Part shown: one piece after another, positions 52,854 to 64,000 of the stretch
Layout of the letters: each line of letters begins with the position of its first letter
Position numbering within the stretch: position 1 is the stretch's first letter
NCBI GenBank assembly: GCA_964016885.1
Contig: OZ024740.1
Span: 363,692,001 to 363,756,000 of the forward strand
DNA: 64,000 nucleotides
Origin: Eledone cirrhosa
Taxonomy: Eukaryota
Direction of reading: 5' to 3'
The notes under the pieces: generated by a model
Told to the model about the DNA's origin: nothing
What the model saw: the letters and a program-made list of their open reading frames with translations, nothing else
Databases searched by the model: none
Program-made: the position numbers and the translations under genes

Positions 52854-53771
52854 GTTGGTTACTATTATATATATATATGCTTAAGGGCGGTAGATAGGTG
52901 GTGTTGGTAGAACATCGGATACTGTTTTGTGGCATAGAGTTATGGCCCTTTCCACTCTGAGTTCAAATCTCGCTGAGGTTAGCTTTGCCTTTCATCTTTG
53001 CTTTCATCTTTGCCTTTCATCTTTAAAAAAAAGTACCAGTAATGCATTAGGGATGATTTCATCAAATTCCCCCTCCCCCAAAATTGTTGGCCTTGTGCCT
53101 AAATCGGAAACCATTATATATACCTGCTTGGGAAGGCCTAGTGGATAGGGTGTTGGACTCATAGTCAGAATGTATTTGGTGCATTTTACTATGTCGCTAA
53201 TGCTAGAGAGGTTATTATATACTCAGATAGACTGAAGAGACTTCTCTAACCTATATTATCTCCATTCCACAGAGTGTACTGGGTGCATTATATTATGACA
53301 CCAACACAAGAGAAGTTATATAACCAGCCAATGGTTAGGGTGTTGGGCTAATAAATGTGACTTTGATTCTTGACCAGGTATTGCATTATGTTCTTGAGCA
53401 AGGTGCTTCATTTCATGTCACTTTTCATGATAGGACTGAGACCCCCTTTTTTTTTTACAACACCCAAGATACTTTCTATGAGATGTAACCTCATAGGAGG
53501 TCAGCTAAACCTACATAAGTGTGAACTGCAACATGATAGGATTGGGGACCCTATCATTAAAACACCCATGAAATTTCCTTGTAAGAAGTTAGCTAAACAT
53601 ACATATGTCTGAGCTATAACACCAACTACATGATAAGACTAAGGCCCTTATTTAAATACCTGAGAAAATTTCTATGAAATGCAAACTTATGGGAGATCAG
53701 TTAAACCTGTATAGTGAGGAGCTATACAAAATATAATGAAAAAATAATAATAAAGAAATATTCTTTTGCAG

Positions 53772-53862
53772 TTAAAGTTTTATGTTTTGAGTGGTTCAAA
53801 ACCAGAAGGAGGTATTGCCATTGATGACCTTTCTCTGAAGAATGGCCACTGTAATCCACCAA
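53772..53862 (+). CDS. MAM gene exon 25 (MAM8 C-terminus; phase 0-1)
   Basis: ttgcag|TTA...CCAA|gtaagt; LKFYVLSGSKPEGGIAIDDLSLKNGHCNPP. Confidence 0.9.
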
Positions 53863-53954
53863 GTAAGTAAAGACAGAATGTCATTTCTAGTTGGGTTCTG
53901 CAAATTTTTATAAGCTTTAAAAGGAAGTTTTTAATTAAATATAGTCAATTTATT

Positions 53955-54397
53955 AATAAATATAATAATAATTATAACAATAATAATAATGAAATTATTG
54001 TTACAGTGCTCAGGTGCACTACAACTCATCAAAGGTGCAAGTATAGTACATAAAATAATGTACGAATGTCAGAAAAGTGAACAATGTATGAGTCATGATA
54101 TACTCACAAATACATGCGTGCGTGTGTATGGAGGGGGGATATCAGGTGTAGTTTTGGCGAATTTCAGGAAGCATGGAGGTTGTAAAGGATGCAGTGTCCT
54201 GGCAGCTAACAACTGATGCAGGTAGTTTGTTCCATGCTTCAGCAACTCTGAGCATGAAAAAATGTTTCCGAAAATCATGGGAGCTGTGCTGTTTTCTGAC
54301 TTTGTAGGCATGCCCATGGGTTTTAGACACATGGAATTCAAAAAGGTGCTCAAGGTTATTGTTGGCAAGATGGTTAATAATTTGCCCATCCAGTTAA
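53955..54397 (-). mobile_element. CR1-like LINE 3' end
   Basis: ORF 54142-54330, THGHAYKV..RKHFFMLRVAEAWNKLPASVV, matches the CR1 C-terminal signature TRGH..FF..RV...WN.LP..VV; (TTA)n tail. Confidence 0.82.
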
Positions 54398-55284
54398 TAT
54401 GTTTACCATATATACTCATGTAAAGAAACATACCATATATACTTGTGTAAAGAAATATACCATATATACACATGTAAAGAAATATACCATATAAACATGT
54501 AAAAGTTGGATGGTTTTATAGGTATAACTTATGTGGTTGACTATTACATAGTTACTAAGAGCTGAAATTCACACTACAATCCAAAATACTGTACCAATAA
54601 GTAGAAGATTGAATAGACTCTAGATGAAGCAAAAGTGAAACAATAAATTACAATAATAATACCAATATTTTTACATATCAAAACACACATCTTCCTACCA
54701 GAATACATAAATATGGTTACATAGCTCTTACAAATATTTCCCTGGATGTACACTAGAACATAATAATATATGAAAATTAATTTCCTCAACATAACACAGC
54801 AGCAACAGAAGCATTTCTGAATTGGGGGCCAAATTCAGTTGTAGTGATTATTTTAACTGTTATAAAATATCAACCAAGATATAAAAAAACTTGTAGTACA
54901 TATACAAATAGATGTGTGTTTTGGGTAGTTTGGGGAGAAATATATAATTTTTGGCGGGGGTGACTCCCACCTAAGTTCCACTGCCTCTGTAACATTTGAT
55001 GTTCAGAACAATATCTAGATTCAACAATATTGACCTGATTTCCATTGGGCCAGGCTTTATACAAGTATATATGGCTAAAACTATTCTTCTTGTAAATTAG
55101 GATTTTTCATCAGAGTATCTTATAAGATATGTTTAAAAGGAGTCACTGTGTAATATCTCAACCTGTATGTATTTTATACCACTAAGTAAATACACACACA
55201 CATATATATATATGTTATATATATATATATATAAGTATGTATACGTACATACATATATGTATACAGACGTACAGTAGTATGTAT

Positions 55285-55975
55285 ATCATCATCATCATCA
55301 TCATCATCAGGTTTAGCGTCCGTGTTCCACGCTTGCATGGGTTTGGACGGGGGTTTTCCCACTTGAGGCAAGAGTGGTTGTCTTGCTCGCATAGGACTGT
55401 CTGGCGGGTTTTCTACAGTTGGATGCCCTTCCTAACACCAACCACATTTACAGTGTGGGGCTGGGAGGTTTTTACCGTGTTGCCTACACGGCCACATTAC
55501 AGCGTGGACTGTCTGGCGGGTTTTCTACAGCTGGATGCCCTTCCTAACACCAACCACATTTACAGTGTGGGGCTGGGAGGTTTTTACTGTGTTGCCTACA
55601 CGGCCACATTTACAGCGTGGACTGTGTGTTTTTTTGTTGTGACACCTACACGATCTCATTTGTTTCGGCCTGGATGTTGTGGGACCAACATAACTTTACA
55701 TTAAAAGGGGCGGTGTGGATGGGGTGGGGGTGGTGGGATGGGGGGGTGTTTTGATAGAGATGCCTACTGACTGTAGTAGGTTTTTACTTTGTATTTAGGT
55801 AAGGCGGGTCTTCTCTATTACTGAGTACCGCCAAAGGTCTCGGTCCAGTGACATTGTCTTGGAGAGGTGTAAGCGTGTGAGGTCGGAATTTATCAGCTCG
55901 TCCCATGTTTTTCTGGGTCTGCCTACTCCGTGGCTACCGTCTATCTTTATTGCCCTGCACTTTGTTATACAGCTG
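55285..55975 (-). mobile_element. RTE LINE 3' fragment (family B) with an internal ~110-bp UTR duplication, inserted in the H3 hammerhead element
   Basis: GRPRKTWDEL..DRDLWR; UTR block repeated at about 55395-55510 and 55506-55625. Confidence 0.88.
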
Positions 55976-56128
55976 TCGTATATATACATACATGCACACA
56001 TATATATATGTACGTATGGATTCACCGAACATTTATTATAATGCTCGGTGTGTTTGTAAACAAACATCCCGAATTAAGCCGTACAGTGTCTAGCAACCAT
56101 CGTTGCTCATTTATTCAACACTGACAAA

Positions 56129-56183
56129 GGAACGCTGTACTAGTTTCAAGCTTATTAGCTATCGTCAGCAACGTATACCTTCC
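56129..56183 (-). ncRNA. Type I minimal hammerhead ribozyme motif (family H3, intact)
   Basis: Minus strand reads GGAAGGUAU-ACGUUG-CUGACGA-U-AGCU-AAUA-AGCU-U-GAAA-CUAG-UA-CAGCGU-UCC, with palindromic ACUAGU stem III. Mutated plus-strand copies lie at 56426-56468 and 56856-56898. Confidence 0.8.
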
Positions 56184-57167
56184 TGCCAGATGATTGAACG
56201 TCTGAACGTATATACTTTCCTTATGCATATTAACGGCTGAGCAGCCTAATTTGCATATCCAGTGAGTTAATTGGCCGGGGTACCGAAAATGAAACGGCTG
56301 TTACTTAAATATAAGTATGTATACATATATACATATATGTATACAGACGTACAGTAGTATGTATATATATATATATACATACATGCACACATTTATATAC
56401 GTTCAATCATCTGGCATGAAGGTATACGTTGCTGACAATAGCTAATAAGCTTGAAACTAGTACAGCGTTCCTTTGTCAGTGTTGAATAAATGAGCAACAA
56501 GGGTTGCTAGACACTGTATGGCTTAATTCGGGATGTTTGTTTACAAACATACCGAGCATTATAATAAATGTTCGGTGAATCCATACGTACATATATATAT
56601 GTGTGCATGTATGTATATATATATACATACTACTGTACATCTGTATACATATATGTATGTACGTATACATACTTATATTTAAGCAACAGCCGTACTAAGA
56701 GTGAGAAATGAAATTTCGTTTCATTTTTTCCATTTATCGTTTTCGGTGCACCCGGCCGATTAACCCACTCGATATGCAAATTCGGCTGCTCAGCCGTTAA
56801 TATGCATAAGGAAAATATATACTTTCAGACGTTCAATCATCTGGCAGGAAGGTATACGTTGCTGACGATAGCTAATAAGCTTGAACCTAGTACAGCATTC
56901 CTTTGTCAGTGTTGAACAAATGAGCAACGATGGTTGCTAGACACTGTACGGCTTAATTCGGGATGTTTGTTTGTTTACAAACATAGCGAGCATTATAATA
57001 AATGTTCGGTGAATCCATACGTACATATATATGTATGTGTGCATGTATGTATATATATATACATACTACTGTACGTCTGTATACATATATGTATATACGT
57101 ATACATACTTATATTTAAGTAACAGCCGTACTAAGAGTGAGAAATGAAATTTTGTTTCATTTTTTCC

Positions 57168-57233
<66 letters not shown>

Positions 57234-57319
57234 GTATATATATATTATGTATGTATATATATATATATAAATTAAGTATGTGTATATATATATTATGTAT
57301 GTATATATATATATATTGT

Positions 57320-57780
57320 ATGTCATCACCATCATCATCATCACTGTTTTACGGCCATTCTTCTACACTAGCATGGGTTAGACGGGGTGTTCTGTTGTGG
57401 GCCGTGCCAGGTCAGTTGCCATGCCTTGCTCGTATGGAACTGATTTTGCCTTGATTTCTACAGCTGGATGCCCTTCCTAACACAAATCTCATTTACAGTG
57501 AGTACTGGGTACTTTTTTACCGAGGCGCCTACACGACCACTTTACAGTGTGGACTGGGTGCTTTTTGTCGTGACACCTACATGACCACTTTGCAGTGGGA
57601 GGGGGCGGTGGCATACTTTTTATATGCTTCAGCTTCGGCTTGTACCCGTGGGAAGTCGGGTCTTCTGTATTACTGCGTAACATCAGAGGTATCGGTCCTG
57701 TGTCATCACCTTTGAGAGGTGCAATTGGGCAAGGTCAGTTTTATTACCTCATTCCTGGTCTTCATTGGTCTCCTCCTCTC
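57320..57780 (-). mobile_element. RTE family A-like 3' end
   Basis: Reverse complement resembles the 3' coding end and UTR of 2319-3749; (CAT)n tail. Confidence 0.75.
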
Positions 57781-57965
57781 CATATATAAATATACATATA
57801 TATAATATGTATATGTATATGTATATATATATATATGTATATTTTATGTATATGTATATATGTATACATATATATATAATATGTATATGTATATATATAT
57901 ATATGTGTGTGTGTGTGCATATATATGTATATACATATATGTTTATCTCTATGTATAAATAAATA

Positions 57966-58022
<57 letters not shown>

Positions 58023-58174
58023 ACATATACATGTGTGTGTGTGTGTGTGTAAGTATGAAAGAGGGAAGGGAGAGAGAGAAAGAGTATCGTAATAGTACAA
58101 ATATTCTGGATTTTATTGTTTTCTGAACACAGAATATTAATAAGAATTTTTTATCAATCTTTGTATTCTCTCAG

Positions 58175-58315
58175 CTGCCTGTACCTTTGAAGAAGAACAT
58201 TTATGTCATTGGAAAAATGCTGATAGTAATATTCATGATTGGACAGTTCACAGTGGAGGAACTGCTTCTTCAAACACAGGGCCAATTGGGGACCACACAA
58301 CAACCGATAAAGCAG
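58175..58315 (+). CDS. MAM gene exon 26 (MAM9 N-terminus; phase 1-1); the gene continues beyond the window
   Basis: tctcag|CT...GCAG|gtaag; ACTFEEEHLCHWKN..HDW..GGTASSNTGPIGDHT. Confidence 0.92.
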
Positions 58316-59289
58316 GTAAGTTTGCTCTACAACTTTTCTTGACAATTTGACTGTAACCATCCTTCATGCTACAATACTAAGCTTTTTATACCACATGAAA
58401 TAATATTAGCAAAATATTCTTGAAAAGTACAAAACAATACTATGATAGCATCACATTAAAAGTCTTTACTCTAATATTGCATAATTAGAAAAAAAGCTAT
58501 CCACTAATAAAAATACTGTATACATATACATTTATCTATATGCATATATACACATATGTATATAAATGTATGGATATATATGTCTACATATATTTGATAC
58601 AATTTCAAGTGATCAGCAGTCTTTAGACTCACCAGATCAATGAAACAATTGTTAATACTGCAAATAAAACCCTTTTTGTACAACCAACCATGTTATTCTT
58701 CACTCTTTCACTATATATATACTATATATATAATTTTATAGATATATATATTTATATACATAGATATAATATAGATATATATATATCATCATCACTGGTA
58801 TACATCTACTTTTCCACGGTAGCATGGGTTAGACGAGTTGTCCTTTTGTGGGCAATGCTAGGTCAGATGACCATGTCAGGCTCATACAGGACTGATCATT
58901 TCATTTCATTTCATTTCATTTCATTTTACGTCCGCTTTTCCCTGCTTGTATTTATATCATATATACATATATATATATAATATTTCATAGAGCCAGATGT
59001 CACAGTTCTGTGTGATCACTTTAGTGAGGTGTAATTGAACAAAGTCAGCTCTTATTACCTCACCCCAGGTCTTTCTAGGCCTGCCCATTCTATGGGTAGC
59101 ATCAACTTTGAGCGCTCTGCACCTTTTTATACAGCTGTCATCCTTCATATGCATCACATGTCCATACCAATGCAATCTTCTCGTTTGCACTCAGCATCTG
59201 ATCCCTCTTATGTCTAATTTCTTGTGCAATGCATTTATGCTTTGCTTTTCATGTATGTTGGTATTGAACATCCACCAAAGTATATATAC

Positions 59290-59338
<49 letters not shown>

Positions 59339-59353
59339 GTATATAAATATATA

Positions 59354-59810
59354 TATATAGAATTCACAAGAATCAAAGCTATATTAAAAGCATTTATTCA
59401 CTTACAATTGTTTCATCCAAACCTAGGCTTGGAGTCTTCGGAGCATTTTTCAATGTTTGTACACATAATTGACCTCCTTTCCAACGCAAGAGACATACAG
59501 ATACATATGTATATATTGATGTACAGTGGAGTGACATATATTATATTATATTATTTCTGTATAGCAATATATACATATATACATATTCTGCTATACAGAA
59601 ATAATATAATATAATATAATATAATATATGTCACTCCACTGTACATCAATATATACATATGTATCTGTATGTCTCTTGCGTTGGAAAGGAGGTCAATTAT
59701 GTGTACAAACATTGAAAAATGCTCCGAAGACTCCAAGCCTAGGTTTGGATGAAACAATTGTAAGTGAATAAATGCTTTGAACATAGCTTTGATTCTTGTG
59801 AATTCTATAT
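59354..59810. repeat. Near-perfect palindrome (arms ~210 bp, spacer ~23 nt) carrying hammerhead-like motifs
   Basis: 59354-59565 is the reverse complement of 59589-59810 with very few mismatches. Confidence 0.9.
59711..59780 (+). ncRNA. Hammerhead-like motif with CCGAAGA core (family H4); mirror copy at 59383-59454 on the minus strand
   Basis: UGCU-CCGAAGA-C-UCCAAGC-CUAG-GUUUGGA-U-GAAA-CAAUUG-UA-AGUG: strong stem II, palindromic stem III, weak stem I, U4C core change. Confidence 0.55.
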
Positions 59811-59851
59811 AACTGCTCTGTAGAACAACTGATGTTATTACATTGAGCTAT

Positions 59852-60041
59852 GGATAGGGCGGTGGATTGGCAGTATCGGTAGAGGGTCGGAGGCCATGCT
59901 TTCCAGCATAGTTACGTCCCTTTACGATCTGAGTTCAAATCCCGCCGAGGTTGACTTTGCCTTTCATCCTTACGGGGTCGATAAAATAAAGTACCAGTAA
60001 TGCACTGGATAATTGCTGGCCTTGTGCCTAAAGTAGAAACA
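59852..60041 (+). mobile_element. tRNA-derived SINE (family S1) with 18-bp TSD
   Basis: Near-identical to 23051-23238; TSD GTTATTACATTGAGCTAT at 59834-59851 and 60042-60059. Confidence 0.87.
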
Positions 60042-60179
60042 GTTATTACATTGAGCTATTTATCTTACTGGTAATAAGGTAGTAATAAATTACTGACCTT
60101 CACTGTTTAGGGTTTAAAATATATATAAATATGAAAAGTTTTAGTATATACATAACCATAAATAGTATCCTTAATATTA

Positions 60180-61130
<951 letters not shown>

Positions 61131-61730
61131 ACTCTGGTGGATGTTCAATACCAACATACATGAAAAGCAAAGCATAAATGCATTGCACAAGAAATTAGAC
61201 ATAAGAGGGATCAAATGTTGAGTGCAAACGAGAAGATTGCATTGGTATGGACATGTGATGCATATGAAGGATGACAGCTGTATAAAAAGGTGCAGAGCAC
61301 TCAAAGTTGATGCTAGCCATAGAATGGGCAGGCCTAGAAAGACCTGGGGTGAGGTAATAAGAGCTGACTTTGTTCAATTACACCTCACTAAAGTGATCAC
61401 ACAGAACTGTGACATCTGGCTCTATGAAATATTACAGAAGACAAAAGTGAGTGCCCAGTCAGTCCTCTAAAGTGATCGTTTAGGTGTCACAACAAAAAAC
61501 ACCCAGTCCACACTGTAAACGGGTTGTGTATGTGTCACAACAAAAAGCACCCAGTCCATGCTGTAAATGTGGTTGGCATTAGGAAGGACATCCAGGTTTA
61601 GAAACCAAGCGAAAATCAGTTCTGTATGAGCAAATCACAGTTCCCTGACTTGATCTCACACAAAGCGACAGCCTGTCTAACCCATGCTAGTGTGGAAGAA
61701 TGGATGTAAAACGGTGATGATGATGATAAT
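61131..61730 (+). mobile_element. RTE LINE 3' fragment (family A-like), partly duplicated in inverted orientation at 58975-59280
   Basis: RRLHWYGHVMHMKDDSCIKRC..GRPRKTW occurs in both ORF 61222-61470 (+) and ORF 58957-59190 (-). Confidence 0.88.
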
Positions 61731-62022
61731 GACATATACATGTATATGCACATATGGAAAAGTACTTGTATGTACTTATGTCCATATACACATGCATCTA
61801 TATGCATTTACATTTATATTAATATATATATGCACACATACACGTATATATATATATATATATATGTGCACATACACGTACATACATACATATATATATA
61901 TGAGTTCAGATCTAGCTGTCGAAATGGTTGGAACTCAGCCGTCGAGGTAACATCTTATTAGAAATATACATAAAGAAAATGCCATTGAATACTGAACAGA
62001 TGTTTCTATATATATATATATA

Positions 62023-62352
62023 TCATCATCATCATCATTTTACGTCCGCTTTTCCCTGCTTGCAAGGGTGGGACGGGAACTGATTCTGGCTTGATTTCTA
62101 CAGCTGGATGCCCTTCCTAACACCAACCTCATTTACAGTGAGTGATGGGTGCTTTTTTGCCGTGGCACCTCCACGACCACTTTGCAGTGGAATGATAGGG
62201 ACTGAGATCCCTATCATCTCATTTCTACAGCTGAGTAAACTGAAGCAATGTGAAATAAAGTGTCTTGCTCAAGGAAACAACACATCACCTGGTCTGAGAA
62301 TTGAACTCACAACCTTTCGATTGCAAGGCCAATGCTCTAACCACTAAGCCAT
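62023..62352 (-). mobile_element. tRNA-derived SINE (family S2) with RTE-derived body and tail
   Basis: A box TGGCTTAGTGG, B box GAGTTCAATTC, central CCTTGAGCAAGACACTTTATTTCAC, RTE UTR block, (TGA)n tail. Truncated twin at about 48913-49240; related heads near 1385, 6888, 12100, 14590-14725, 33600-33715, 34075, 47340-47445 and 53330. Confidence 0.82.
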
Positions 62353-62789
62353 GATCCCCCATGGCTCACAAAATGTCTCACCTCTTTCTGTTTAAATCAG
62401 TTGTAACTGGCCACTCATACTGATGTTAAGGTATTGTTCTCAAGATAGATACCATCAAAATCTCATAGATTCGATATTATATGTGATAATTATGTATGTT
62501 AAAGTGTTTACTACCAAAATACAATAGTAAATATATAGTAATGTGAATGCTAAAGGGATAAAGGACCAGTCTTGACTTAACTCTGCCTTCCTAACAACAA
62601 TTCATCTCCGACTGATCCTTTAAGACCTCCACAGGAACGCTCCCTAGATAATGGGCCTCTAAACCCCAAAATATTTGGGATAATTAAATTTGTTCATGTA
62701 AAATTCTATCGCCATCTCAGCACCTCTTTAATTTTCTAATGCATTGCATGGCCTCCAAAATTATTCAAATTTATATTTCCTATTCAACA

Positions 62790-62816
62790 ATGCTATATAT
62801 ATATATGTATGTATAC

Positions 62817-62859
<43 letters not shown>

Positions 62860-62967
62860 TACACATACATATTCCCACTTGATATATATATATATGTATT
62901 TATATATGTATATGTATACATATGTATATATATATATGTATACATATGTATATATATATATGTATAC

Positions 62968-63049
<82 letters not shown>

Positions 63050-63251
63050 GTGTGTGTATGTATACATATGTATATATATATACATATGTATATATATATA
63101 TATGTGTATATATATATATATATACGTAATATATATATATATATATGTATACATATATGTGTGTATATATATATATATACATATATATATATGTATGTAT
63201 ATATATATGTATATATATATATGTATGTATATATATATATATACAGAAACA

Positions 63252-63305
<54 letters not shown>

Positions 63306-63340
63306 CAGAAACATCTGTATGTATATATATATATATATCA
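62790..63340. repeat. Long (TA)n/(TATG)-type tract
   Basis: Read directly from the sequence. Confidence 0.95.
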
Positions 63341-64000
63341 CATCCACTGATATGGATTCTGAACACATGCACACGCTTAGGTCACATTAAGGTCAACTGC
63401 AGGAATTGGTGATAAGTTACAAAAAAGTGTGATGATCAATGACCTGGAAGTTGGCTTACCATGAAATTAGTCCGAAGAATAAAACCCACATCGTATGTTG
63501 ACGAATATTCGTACTCCCGGCATGTTTATTGTAACATGCCATCTTCGAGAGTAGAGTTTATTTTGTTGATATTTCAAGGTGTTGGATCGTGGGAAGATTA
63601 ACACGAATTAAGATGATGTAACTTCTCCCCCATTATTGACACTTTGCAACAGTGAACGTTACAAGGCCCTCTTTAGGGCCAACACCTCTGATTGTTTATC
63701 TGACTTATTACGGTGAGTTTTCTCAGGTTATGTCTACTATAGGGGGAAAACGGGATTGTTTTATTGAATTGCTTCAGTCATTCGAAGGGCTTTACAAATG
63801 GTGATATACAGGGTGCTTGAACAGTACTCGGTTATAGTTTCTTCAATAATTGCGATGACTTCCTCAATTGTTCTGAGTTTGTTCTTGAGTGCTAAGGCAT
63901 TAAGTTCGCTATTCTTATACATAAGTTTGTTGAATAAGTTTGATACTCTTCGAACTCAAACTTCCCTGGCTTATTCACTCTGAATGAAGAAAGCTGGATG

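Larger units (their letters stand above)
55228..57170. mobile_element. Hammerhead-bearing non-coding element, 430-nt unit: inverted copy (interrupted by an RTE fragment) plus ~1.8 tandem copies
   Basis: Plus-strand period is 430 nt (56426 vs 56856). The reverse-complement copy covers 55976-56395 and continues at 55228-55284. Embedded in (TA)n. Confidence 0.72.
1779..58315 (+). other. Multi-exon gene (partial at both ends) encoding a tandem MAM-domain protein, MALRD-like; 26 exons and at least 9 MAM domains in the window
   Basis: All 26 exons have canonical AG/GT sites with compatible phases and sum to 4047 nt without a stop. They repeatedly encode MAM motifs: C-x-F-E..C-G-W, DHT..GHY, L-x-S-P, C-L-x-F-W-Y-H-M-Y-G, G-N-Q-W, G-D-I-A-[LIV]-D-D-I..C. 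Confidence 0.93.

Noticed and set aside
58610-58665. GAAACAATTGTT resembling the 3' half of the H4 hammerhead
   Set aside because: No CUGANGA-like 5' core.
61900-61950. TGAGTTC...GAACTCA hairpin with an internal GAAA
   Set aside because: No catalytic 5' core; at most a truncated TE end.
62280-62352. tRNA-like sequences (here and at other SINE heads)
   Set aside because: A and B boxes are present but there is no intact cloverleaf, and they run into SINE bodies.

Overview
Eukaryotic, AT-rich, repeat-dense animal DNA. The repeat content (RTE LINEs with (GAT)n tails, tRNA-derived SINEs, long (TA)n tracts) suggests an octopus or other cephalopod, but that is inference. The whole window is the interior of one plus-strand gene for a large tandem MAM-domain extracellular protein. 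I traced 26 GT-AG exons by hand (1779-58315, 4047 coding nt, about 1349 codons, frame consistent throughout). They encode 7 complete and 2 partial MAM domains with no LDLa modules; start and stop codons lie outside the window. The introns hold decayed non-LTR retrotransposons (several RTE families, Rex3/Expander-like, CRE-like, CR1-like), SINEs, MITE/foldback elements and microsatellites. The main unexpected signal is about 14 type-I minimal hammerhead-ribozyme motifs from at least six unrelated non-coding families. They sit in short (about 200-430 nt) units arranged as tandem, terminally redundant or head-to-head inverted copies, mostly beside (TA)-rich tracts. This is the architecture of retrozymes or Penelope-type pseudo-LTRs. 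The best-preserved motifs are antisense to the host pre-mRNA, while sense copies carry lesions or core variants. All structures were folded by eye and no database searches were run.
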